Of a DNA stretch of 30,850 nucleotides, positions 1 through 7,895 are shown one piece after another (the first letter of the stretch is position 1; every line of letters begins with the position of its first letter). The DNA is from Candidatus Hermodarchaeum yapensis (GTDB lineage: Archaea; Asgardarchaeota; Hermodarchaeia; Hermodarchaeales; Hermodarchaeaceae). The notes under the pieces were generated by a model. The model did no database searches. It had not been told where the DNA came from and saw only the letters and a program-made list of their open reading frames with translations. Position numbers and translations under genes: made by a program. The stretch is from the NCBI GenBank assembly GCA_016840405.1, contig JAEOSK010000028.1:1-30850 (forward strand), read 5' to 3'.

Positions 1-204
1 ATGGCAATCGACAAAGCAACAGCGTCTGGGAGGGCTCGACCGGACGACATTGCTAACTTCCAGGCACCAAGCATTGAGGAGCAACTCAAAGAAGCAATGC
101 CCCTGGTAACAGCGACACTTCGTGTCCGGATTGCCCGAACAATTGCACAACTTCGCGAGGAAACAGTCCTAACGAAGAAACGGAAAGGAGTGAGGAATAC
201 GTGA
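1..204 (+). CDS. C-terminal fragment of a protein that probably begins upstream of the window; function unknown
   Basis: Open frame from position 1 to a TGA that overlaps the next GTG start (GTGA at 201-204), suggesting translational coupling. Ends in a basic tail (KKRKGVRNT). Confidence 0.6.
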   Translation: MAIDKATASGRARPDDIANFQAPSIEEQLKEAMPLVTATLRVRIARTIAQLREETVLTKKRKGVRNT

Positions 205-482
205 GTGATAAAGTCAAAACCCTTCTACCAAAATTCCGGCTTGAACAGGTCTTCTCCCAACTCGACGCCAATGCGGTACTCGAGTTGATTACACCCACAG
301 CACGCACCTTCACCTGTCAACGCACAGGTCGACTCGTAGACGGTGGATACTGTGCATTCTTCTGTTCAATCGGAAAAGAACAAGTAGCGTTCGATCCGTC
401 CGCTGGCATTGATGTCATCTGCCCCTTCGCCAATAACAACTTCCTAGGGCGAATGGGTGACGGAGTCACAACGGATTCATGA
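201..482 (+). CDS. Small hypothetical protein with four cysteines; possible Zn or Fe-S binding
   Basis: SD-like GGAGTGAGG upstream and 4-nt overlap with the previous stop. Cys context FTCQRTG...GGYCAFFC...VICPF. Confidence 0.65.
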   Translation: MSDKVKTLLPKFRLEQVFSQLDANAVLELITPTARTFTCQRTGRLVDGGYCAFFCSIGKEQVAFDPSAGIDVICPFANNNFLGRMGDGVTTDS

Positions 483-570
483 ATCAGAACAGACTGGGAA
501 GAAGTGGTTTACCAAAAATCGAAGTCAAGAATCAAGACACACCTAACAATGTGTGTGGTGGTGGCAGGGA

Positions 571-1731
571 ATGTTCGCCTTTGATGAACGGCTAAAGAGC
601 CTAGGTTGGTCAGATTTCCCCTTTCGAATTGACGTTATGCCGGAAATCTTTGCAGGTGAAAAACGCCTACTCAATCCCTTAACCGTTCAATTGCGAACTG
701 GAAACATCGTTCTTATTGAGGGAGGGCGAGGAACTGGCAAATCCCATATCCTACGCTGGTTCAACGATTTTTTATCCACACCCAATAGACTGGTTCCCTG
801 TTTGATTTCTGAACCCTTGGATTCAACGATTTTATCAGAAACATTGATGGACCTCTTATTGGAGCAGCTCATGGTTAAGACAAAAGTGATTCCCGATCGA
901 GTGGATGAACTCGGTAAGAAAATACGGGCGTTCCACAAACAGACAAAACAACGAATAGTGCTGTTAATTGATGATGGCCAGTCACTTGCGTTAACACGAG
1001 ACGATTCAGATAAAGAAGAAAAGGAAAAACGAAAGACCGTTCGATGGTTACGAGTATTAAGCGACCTTCCTGCCGTCGTGGTTTATATCGCTGGTTTAAC
1101 TGGATTTTCGAAGGCGCTAACAACCATTTTTCCACCAATTGCTGAACGAGTCACACTTCAATTTTCATTGGAACAAGAAGGGTATCATGGAATTGAAGTG
1201 CTAAATGAAAGCGAAACAGCACAACTCATTCGTCGACGCATTGAATATTTTGGTGGAAAAGGCATTACACCCTTCACCGAAAAAGCTCTTGAGGAGATTC
1301 ATGTTCACACTCGGGGCTATCCTCGAAGCGTCCTTAGATTTTGTGAAAATATTCTCACCCTCGCTTTTCAGGATGACACACCTGCCGGGGATCGCATTAC
1401 TCAAGATTTTGTTCGCTATGCAATGAAACATCGACCGAGTCCTCCGCCCACCACTTCGTTAATTCCTAGTGCGATGGATGAAACACGGTTTATTGAAACA
1501 GGTCTTGCTGACGAGGGTGATGAGTGGTTTGAAGAATTCGATGAACTGACCGCCACTCAGCGAGAGATTCTGGGGCTAGCCAAGGATTTGAAATGTATCA
1601 CCTCCGCGATCGTCGCTGAGGAAGTAGGTATTACCAAAGGAACGGCATCGAACGAATTGAAGAAGCTTCATGATCGGGAAAAGCTTCAGCGTCGGAAGGG
1701 CTATCGCGGGTTTGAATACCTCCCACGATGA
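571..1731 (+). CDS. ExeA/GspA-like (AAA_22) P-loop ATPase with C-terminal winged HTH
   Basis: Walker A GGRGTGKS, Walker B LLIDDGQ, ExeA-like lid motif FTEKALEEIHVHTRGYPRSVLRFCENIL, acidic linker, then wHTH (LTATQREIL...TSAIVAEEVGITKGTASNELKKL). ATG 571 preferred over GTG 553 because GGTGG lies upstream of it. Confidence 0.8.
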   Translation: MFAFDERLKSLGWSDFPFRIDVMPEIFAGEKRLLNPLTVQLRTGNIVLIEGGRGTGKSHILRWFNDFLSTPNRLVPCLISEPLDSTILSETLMDLLLEQLMVKTKVIPDRVDELGKKIRAFHKQTKQRIVLLIDDGQSLALTRDDSDKEEKEKRKTVRWLRVLSDLPAVVVYIAGLTGFSKALTTIFPPIAERVTLQFSLEQEGYHGIEVLNESETAQLIRRRIEYFGGKGITPFTEKALEEIHVHTRGYPRSVLRFCENILTLAFQDDTPAGDRITQDFVRYAMKHRPSPPPTTSLIPSAMDETRFIETGLADEGDEWFEEFDELTATQREILGLAKDLKCITSAIVAEEVGITKGTASNELKKLHDREKLQRRKGYRGFEYLPR

Positions 1732-1790
1732 AATAATAACGCCCATTTCAAAGATTTTTCAAGATTAACCGTGTGAGGTTTTTAGACACT

Positions 1791-1800
1791 AAGCTTTAAG
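1791..1800 (+). promoter_or_regulatory. Putative BRE/TATA promoter of the Rab-like GTPase
   Basis: AAGCTTTAAG about 52 nt upstream of ATG 1853. The same purine-run plus TTTA(A/T) pattern recurs upstream of other genes in the window. Confidence 0.45.
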
Positions 1801-1852
1801 TGACACTTCTACTGCATTTAACATAGAAAACTCTTAGACACGGGGCCCACGC

Positions 1853-2401
1853 ATGTCACACGACGCCTTCGATTATCTTTTCAAAGTAGTGCTAGTGGGT
1901 GATGCTGAAGTTGGGAAAACCAGTCTTACAACGCGTTTTGCTTATGGTACATTTACTGATGGTTACATCTCAACCTTGGGCGTTGACTTCATCGTCAAAT
2001 CCATCCCCGTAAATAATTATGTAGTGAAACTACAGGCCTGGGATACTGCTGGACAGGAACGGTACTCTGGCGTTCGTCCAATCTATTATCGCGGAGCGAA
2101 GGGCGCATTATTGGTGTTTGATATCACCGTGCGCCAAAGTTTTGTCAATGTTGAAAAATGGTTCAATCAAATTCGGAAATATTCAGGCACCGAAGTTCCA
2201 ATCGTCATCGTAGGGAACAAACTCGATCTAGCCGACTCACGGACAGTTAGTACCGATGAGGTGCGGGTCTATTCAGCTGACCGAAATGCCCTTTATTTTG
2301 AGACCAGTGCTAAAACCGATTATGCCGTGAGTGATGTTTTCAAAAAATTGGCAGAACTCATCTTATCGTCAGAGCTTGGTAAGAAACCCGCTATTGAGTA
2401 G
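1853..2401 (+). CDS. Rab-like small GTPase (Ras superfamily), no prenylation cysteine
   Basis: G1 GDAEVGKT, G2 Thr in STLGVDF, G3 WDTAGQE, G4 GNKLD, G5 ETSAK; N-terminal FDYLFKVVLVG; RabF-like motifs LGVDF, KLQAW, YYRGA, LVFDIT. Confidence 0.95.
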   Translation: MSHDAFDYLFKVVLVGDAEVGKTSLTTRFAYGTFTDGYISTLGVDFIVKSIPVNNYVVKLQAWDTAGQERYSGVRPIYYRGAKGALLVFDITVRQSFVNVEKWFNQIRKYSGTEVPIVIVGNKLDLADSRTVSTDEVRVYSADRNALYFETSAKTDYAVSDVFKKLAELILSSELGKKPAIE

Positions 2402-2420
2402 TGAACATTCTGTTTTGTGC

Positions 2421-2432
2421 AAAGCTTTTTAG
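2421..2432 (+). promoter_or_regulatory. Putative BRE/TATA promoter of the pseudo-kinase/receiver pair
   Basis: AAAGCTTTTTAG about 44 nt upstream of GTG 2476. Confidence 0.45.
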
Positions 2433-2475
2433 CTCCTGATTCGTCTCTCCTGTTTACCACCTTGTCAAAGGTAGT

Positions 2476-4488
2476 GTGGGTGAGGTGTTACAACGAATCC
2501 AAGGCAGCCGGTGGTTCAACAGCTACGCCCAAAAATTCACCGTCATTGCCTTTCCAGTCGCCATTGTCCTTTCCATTATTCCCATGATTATTGGATTGTT
2601 TGCACCCCAAATTGCATCAGTTTATCTAATTAGCGCCTACGTTCTGGTTTTCCTAACAATTTTTGGTGTATGTATCATTCTGTTAGGATTTCATAACCAA
2701 GTCGCTCGTCGGCTTGCCATTATTGTAGCCGTCACCAGTTTCTTTGGAGCGCTTGGGTACTTTTGGCTCCTCATCGAAGTGTTCTTTTTAGGACTCCCCT
2801 TCACATTTCCAAATATCTCCGTGTATCTTCTCGCCATCGCCAACATTGTACTCCTTGTGGGCTTTGCCCTCATATCTGTGGGACAACGCCGCCGATCATG
2901 GCGACAATTTGCCGGTTACTTTCTCATCACCGTTTTCTTTGTTGCCTGTATTTATTCAACCTACCAGCTGGTTTTGGTTTACATACCGCCCCCTATTCCT
3001 GCCATTGGGCTAGGCCTACGAATCCTCGCAGGCTTTTTCACCGCTGTCTTTGCCTGGGCGTTTTATTTCAATCAGAATCCCCCAAAGGAAATCATTAGCC
3101 AGCTGAGCCGGTCACTCTTTGTAGCTGCAAGTCTCCTACTGCTCTTAGGCTACACTCTCTTCTCTTTTCAGTACGCAATGGGCTGGTTCGATTTTGCCAG
3201 CTTCTACTATACAGGCTCACTCGGCGACTCGGTGATATTACTCGCCATTTTCACTTTCTTAATCGCAGTCTTTGCTATCTTCAGTGAAAGTCTAGAAAAT
3301 ATGGCTACCATTCGCCCCGTCTCCATCAAATACGAAATCGTTTCCCGTGTTCTGATCATCATCTCCTTCCTCATTGTCACAACACTTACTGCAACAATAG
3401 CCATTACCCTCACCGGTCGAGTATTACTCGTCTATCTCACGCCCCCCCATTCTACCGTCGCCCTCCAAACAATCGGATCCGGGTTGCTTATGGGCTTGGG
3501 CATAATCCTAATCGTTGGGGGCGGTATTGCCTACTACCTTTCCCGCATACTCTATCGACCGCTAGAACGCCTCGACGAGGAAACGAGCCTTGTAAGTGAA
3601 CCAGGAAAAATTGCCTATACCGAACCACCGGGTCTACTGTTTACTGAACTCCAAGACGTGTCGGATAACTTTGCCTCCCTCGTTGATGGACTAGGTCGTG
3701 TCCGTGACGAATTACGACGATTCACAATAAGTGAAAGACGTCTCCGAACACCATCCACATCCCAACTAAGCCGCCTCGATTATTATCTCGCCATACTCAG
3801 CAACACAGTAACAAATCGCATCCAATCGATCTTGAGTCTAACCGAACTGGGTTGCGGGAAAGAAACCGTTGAAGAGCAAAAACAAATTCTCGAAATGATA
3901 CAAACGGAAGTCGCTGAAATCGAATACATCATGAAAAGCATTCAATTGCTTCGACTTATTGACTCTGAGGCCCTCCCTGACTTTACACGAATCGATGTAT
4001 GTGAGGTCATTCCACAGTTAATGGCAGATCTACAGGAACTAATCCCAGAGTCTCAAAGCCAAATCTCACTCGCACTTCCCGAACACAAGTGCCAGGTCAT
4101 GGCCAACGAGTATGTCAACCAAATCTTCAAACCCTTACTTCGATTGGCAATCGAACAAGATGTGGGAGGACCTGCTACAATTGAGGTGACTTTTTCAAAT
4201 ACAACCGAATTCGGTGTTGATTACTGGCAGATTGATATAGTTCATCCAAAATGGGTGCTACCCGATATTGAAAAGGTCCTCCTCTTTCGTTCAGATCCTG
4301 AGCAACCCCAGAAAGCGAATCCAGGCCTTCTGTTGGTTCCTGCTTTGGTCGAATACTTCCGCGGGAAATTCCGAGTAACCAATGTCGTTACCGATGATCC
4401 ACGTTATGGTACGGTGTTTCACGTCCTTCTCCCTATGTTCAAACGCAAACGGGAAAAAAGCATTCCAAAGAGTACTGTGGAGGAATGA
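2476..4488 (+). CDS. Multi-pass membrane sensor with HAMP and degenerate histidine kinase (HisKA/HATPase_c) fold; probable pseudo-histidine kinase
   Basis: About 10 hydrophobic helices; HAMP-like RPLERL...TELQDVSDNFASL. H-box position reads YYLAILSNTVTN (no His). N, G1 and G2 boxes are degenerate, but the terminal GLLLVPALVEYFRGKFRV...GTVFHVLLP matches the HATPase_c C-terminus. Confidence 0.75.
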   Translation: MGEVLQRIQGSRWFNSYAQKFTVIAFPVAIVLSIIPMIIGLFAPQIASVYLISAYVLVFLTIFGVCIILLGFHNQVARRLAIIVAVTSFFGALGYFWLLIEVFFLGLPFTFPNISVYLLAIANIVLLVGFALISVGQRRRSWRQFAGYFLITVFFVACIYSTYQLVLVYIPPPIPAIGLGLRILAGFFTAVFAWAFYFNQNPPKEIISQLSRSLFVAASLLLLLGYTLFSFQYAMGWFDFASFYYTGSLGDSVILLAIFTFLIAVFAIFSESLENMATIRPVSIKYEIVSRVLIIISFLIVTTLTATIAITLTGRVLLVYLTPPHSTVALQTIGSGLLMGLGIILIVGGGIAYYLSRILYRPLERLDEETSLVSEPGKIAYTEPPGLLFTELQDVSDNFASLVDGLGRVRDELRRFTISERRLRTPSTSQLSRLDYYLAILSNTVTNRIQSILSLTELGCGKETVEEQKQILEMIQTEVAEIEYIMKSIQLLRLIDSEALPDFTRIDVCEVIPQLMADLQELIPESQSQISLALPEHKCQVMANEYVNQIFKPLLRLAIEQDVGGPATIEVTFSNTTEFGVDYWQIDIVHPKWVLPDIEKVLLFRSDPEQPQKANPGLLLVPALVEYFRGKFRVTNVVTDDPRYGTVFHVLLPMFKRKREKSIPKSTVEE

Positions 4489-4495
4489 TAACCGA

Positions 4496-4870
4496 ATGAC
4501 CACTGCGATAATGGTGATTTCTCCTGATGATTCTCTACGTGCTAGTCTCGAATCGATTTTGCATCAGAATGGTTTTACCGTGTGTCTAGGAGTTCGCGAA
4601 ACTGGCGCTTTTCGCCATGCCCTAGATGCTAGTGAAACATCACCCAATGTCATTCTGTTTGACTACTGGCTTAGTCGATCACTGTCCATTGATTTCATCA
4701 CTAGCTTGAAGCGGCAGGGATTTGGTGTCATCCTCATGGGCACCCACCTCTTAGGAAAAGATGTCGCTGCCCTCGAACAAGTGTTCTTCTTAGAAAAGCC
4801 ATTCACTCAAATTGAGCTCCGTGATGCAATCAAAGCAGTCCGACCAGAATCAGATCTTAATGGGGATTAG
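4496..4870 (+). CDS. Stand-alone atypical CheY-like receiver domain protein
   Basis: IMVISPDD (degenerate acidic pocket), PNVILFDYWL (phospho-Asp position retained), VILMGT, FLEKPFT...L. ATG 4496 follows a GGAGGA SD; the ORF-track start at 4382 lies inside the upstream gene. Confidence 0.8.
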   Translation: MTTAIMVISPDDSLRASLESILHQNGFTVCLGVRETGAFRHALDASETSPNVILFDYWLSRSLSIDFITSLKRQGFGVILMGTHLLGKDVAALEQVFFLEKPFTQIELRDAIKAVRPESDLNGD

Positions 4871-5704
4871 TTCCCGGTTTCCTGTCGCACCAACATAAAA
4901 CGCTTTTCCGTCAATCGGACCACGATAATTGCAACAAGAAAAGAGACTCAACACTCGTCCGTCAAAGAATTCATGAAAGCCATGAGGAAAGACTTCGTGC
5001 GCCCGGATAATTAAATCCAAATTATTCCGTGCCATAAAATCATTAGTAACATCCTGACCAAAGTTCCGAGCTCGTCCACCACGAAATGACGGAGCAAAGC
5101 CTTTCAAGGCTTCTTGCGGGTCATTCCATAAAAGCTGAAACGCAACTGGATGTTCTATTTCCACTTCACGCGGCAGCTCATTGATTTCATCAATGGATTT
5201 CAACTGCTCTGGAATTCCTCCATGCACTGCAAAGATCCTCAAATGTGGGCTTACCGAAGCTAAAGGTAAATGGGCGAAGGTTGCCCAATACTGTTCACTC
5301 AGTTCACCAAATGTGCGTTGAACTGCATCATAGAATCCGTACTGACGGTTGACCGTAGGTGATTCATGATTCCCCCGCAACAGAACCAATCGTTTTGGGT
5401 ATCTCCTCTTTAGTTCATACAATAGGTTCAGGTTCTCAATTTGATAGGATCCACGGTCAACATAGTCACCCAAAAAAACAAAGACCGTTGTTGAATGCCA
5501 GAATTGATCTAAAATGCCCTGTGTTGCCTCCCAGTCACCATGAGTATCCCCAACGAACACTAGTGGTGAGGTAGGTAATTTGATCAGGCGTGACTCGTTT
5601 TTCAGAATTGGTAGCACACGATCCAAGAGCTGGATAACGTCCTCACTAGAATAAGTTTCGACCGATTGAGCAATCTTCCTTATCATAGTGAACGTCCATT
5701 TCAC
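4850..5704 (-). CDS. PPP-family (PP1/PP2A-like) Ser/Thr protein phosphatase
   Basis: GDTHGD, GDYVDRG, LRGNHE, VHGGIP, LLWNDP, NFG, IIRAHE, LFSCCNY. Start is GTG 5704 or ATG 5686. Confidence 0.92.
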   Translation of the reverse strand: MKWTFTMIRKIAQSVETYSSEDVIQLLDRVLPILKNESRLIKLPTSPLVFVGDTHGDWEATQGILDQFWHSTTVFVFLGDYVDRGSYQIENLNLLYELKRRYPKRLVLLRGNHESPTVNRQYGFYDAVQRTFGELSEQYWATFAHLPLASVSPHLRIFAVHGGIPEQLKSIDEINELPREVEIEHPVAFQLLWNDPQEALKGFAPSFRGGRARNFGQDVTNDFMARNNLDLIIRAHEVFPHGFHEFFDGRVLSLFSCCNYRGPIDGKAFYVGATGNRELIPIKI

Positions 5705-5707
5705 GTC

Positions 5708-6646
5708 CTAATCTGGTGTGATATGTGTCCCTGCTTCACCTTTGAGGGCTCGTGCTAGGTTTTCAGGAGAGGTGATGATGGCGAGCTCACCTCCTTCCTC
5801 GATAAAGGTGATGACAGATTCGATTTTCGGAGCCATTGACCCAGGAGCGAAGTGCCCTTCTTTGAGGTACCGTTTGGCTTCACTCACTGTCATTTTGTCA
5901 ATTGGCGTTTGGTCCGGTTTCCCAAAATTCAGATACACCCGGTCAACCGAAGTTGACACGATGAACCGCTTCGCATCGATGGCTTTACAGAGTAGCGCTG
6001 ACGCTCGATCCTTATCAATAACCGCAGCAACCCCAGTTAATTTCCCGTTTTCTTCAATGACGGGGATGCCTCCCCCACCCACAGTAATGACGACGAAACC
6101 ATCCTCTAAGAGGTTGATAACTGCACGGGCTTCAATCACTTTCCTTGGAATCGGTGACGGGACCACTCGACGCCATCCTCGTCCCGCATCCTCAACTACA
6201 TGCCATCCCTCAGCGGTTCGGGTGTCAGCGGTTTCCTGATCCATAAATGAACCAATAGGCTTGTTGGGCTTTGCAAAGGCGGGATCATCACGGTCAACGA
6301 GGACCTGCGTCACCACGGTGACCGCTTGTTTCTGCATCTTACGGCGCTGAAATTCGGCAAATAGGGTTTGTTGGAGCATATAGCCAATTGCTCCTTGTGT
6401 ATCCGCACCACAGAAGTCAAGAGGCACTTCATGAAGTTCATGCCTCGCTAATTCAGACCGACGCAGAATAAACCCGACTTGGGGACCATTGCCATGCGTG
6501 ATTGCCACATCCCAGCCCTGCTCAACAAGATCAACGATATGGGGTACAGTTTCTTCGGTTGCCGCGTATTGGTCGGGCACCGTTTTGTGCGCCTTATCCT
6601 TGATGAGCGAATTACCACCAATTGCCACAACAATTCGTTTTGACAT
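5708..6646 (-). CDS. arcC: Carbamate kinase
   Basis: VVAIGGNSL, THGNGPQVG, KPIGSF, EDAGRGWRRVVPSP, GGGGIPV, AVIDKD, GSMAPK. Start reassigned to ATG 6646 (MSKRIVVAIGGN). Confidence 0.95.
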   Translation of the reverse strand: MSKRIVVAIGGNSLIKDKAHKTVPDQYAATEETVPHIVDLVEQGWDVAITHGNGPQVGFILRRSELARHELHEVPLDFCGADTQGAIGYMLQQTLFAEFQRRKMQKQAVTVVTQVLVDRDDPAFAKPNKPIGSFMDQETADTRTAEGWHVVEDAGRGWRRVVPSPIPRKVIEARAVINLLEDGFVVITVGGGGIPVIEENGKLTGVAAVIDKDRASALLCKAIDAKRFIVSTSVDRVYLNFGKPDQTPIDKMTVSEAKRYLKEGHFAPGSMAPKIESVITFIEEGGELAIITSPENLARALKGEAGTHITPD

Positions 6647-6702
6647 ACTCCAACCATCCTCGTACAAATAGCCGAAGAGAGCTAAGTTCAGCGTTTGCAG
6701 CG

Positions 6703-6760
6703 TTATAAAGGCTTCCCCGCCTACCATCCGCACTATAAATCAAGAAAAAGAATACTTATG
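6703..6760. promoter_or_regulatory. Divergent BRE/TATA promoters for arcC (minus) and the PLP dehydratase (plus)
   Basis: Minus strand AAGCCTTTATAA (6703-6714). Plus strand AAAGAATACTTATG (6747-6760), about 25 nt before ATG 6786, consistent with a near-leaderless transcript. Confidence 0.45.
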
Positions 6761-6785
6761 CCATACAAGCACGAAATACTACACC

Positions 6786-7748
6786 ATGGTGTCCCTCGGT
6801 AACATCAAAGCCGCCTACAACCGTATCCGAAAAGTCATCATCCAAACCCCCGTCATGACGTCACTCACCGCAGACCGGCTCACCAGCTGCAAAATCTTCT
6901 TCAAATGTGAAAATTTCCAACGCATCGGCGCCTTCAAATTCCGAGGGGCCTACAATGCCATCTCCCAGTTGACTCCCAAAGAAAGGAAACGTGGTGTCAT
7001 CGCCCACTCCTCCGGAAATCATGCTCAAGCCGTAGCCCTCGCGAGCCAGATGCTAGGGGTTGCAGCCACAATTGTCATGCCAGAAAATTCAACGCATGTA
7101 AAGATTGCTGCCACCAAAGGCTACGGCGCAAAAATCATTTTCTGCAAACCCGAGGTTGACGCCAGAGCCCAGGAAGTTCAGAAATTAATCAAGAAACATA
7201 AATACGTGCTCATCCATCCCTATGATGATCCACGCATCATTGCAGGGGCTGGAACCGCGGCTCTTGAATTAATCAAAGAGACGGGACGAATCGATGCCGT
7301 ATTTGGTCCGGTCGGAGGTGGAGGACTCATTAGTGGCACTGCTATTGCCACCAAAGGTCTATGCCCCAACGCTAAAGTCTTTGCAGTAGAACCTGAACAA
7401 GCCGATGATGCCTATCGGTCCTTCACAACGGGAAAACTCCATTCTAGTGTGAACCCAAACACCATCGCTGACGGACTTCGTACCTCACTCAGCGATCGCA
7501 CCTTCTCCATCATCCGCCAACACGTTGACGAAATCATCACCGTAGGCGAAACCGAAATCGTCGATGCCATGAAATTCCTCTGGGAACGCATGAAACTCGT
7601 CATCGAACCCTCCGGCGCTGTCCCCTTTGCTGGACTCATCAAAATCAAAGACCAACTCGTCAACCAACACATCGGCATTATCCTTAGTGGAGGCAATGTT
7701 GATTTAACCCAATTTTTTGAACAATTCAGAACCCAAATCAAACGTTGA
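6786..7748 (+). CDS. PLP-dependent fold-type II serine/threonine ammonia-lyase / serine racemase family enzyme, no ACT domain
   Basis: FKCENFQRIGAFKFRGA (PLP Lys), SSGNHAQ, PVGGGGLISG, TIADGL, EPSGA, ILSGGNVD. Confidence 0.92.
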   Translation: MVSLGNIKAAYNRIRKVIIQTPVMTSLTADRLTSCKIFFKCENFQRIGAFKFRGAYNAISQLTPKERKRGVIAHSSGNHAQAVALASQMLGVAATIVMPENSTHVKIAATKGYGAKIIFCKPEVDARAQEVQKLIKKHKYVLIHPYDDPRIIAGAGTAALELIKETGRIDAVFGPVGGGGLISGTAIATKGLCPNAKVFAVEPEQADDAYRSFTTGKLHSSVNPNTIADGLRTSLSDRTFSIIRQHVDEIITVGETEIVDAMKFLWERMKLVIEPSGAVPFAGLIKIKDQLVNQHIGIILSGGNVDLTQFFEQFRTQIKR

Positions 7749-7895
7749 TTGGATTTCAATCTGCTCGTAAAATTCTTTGATCCTTTGGAAACCCGATTAG
7801 AAGAATTGCTTATTGAAGCCAGACTGTAATTTCGATTTCACACAAATCTCTGACAAAATACGTATACTACTTTTGAAATAACTGTTAGATGTGAA

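Noticed and set aside
1765-1774. TTAACCGTGT upstream of the GTPase promoter matches, inverted, part of the palindrome before the small wHTH gene (14220-14229)
   Set aside because: A single 10-mer match in AT-rich intergenic DNA is expected by chance; no further support.
4382-4495. ORF-track N-terminal extension of the receiver protein
   Set aside because: Lies inside the pseudo-kinase gene; the receiver fold and SD point to ATG 4496.
6647-6733. ORF-track N-terminal extension of carbamate kinase
   Set aside because: Overlaps the promoter region; family alignment starts at MSKRIVVAIGGN.
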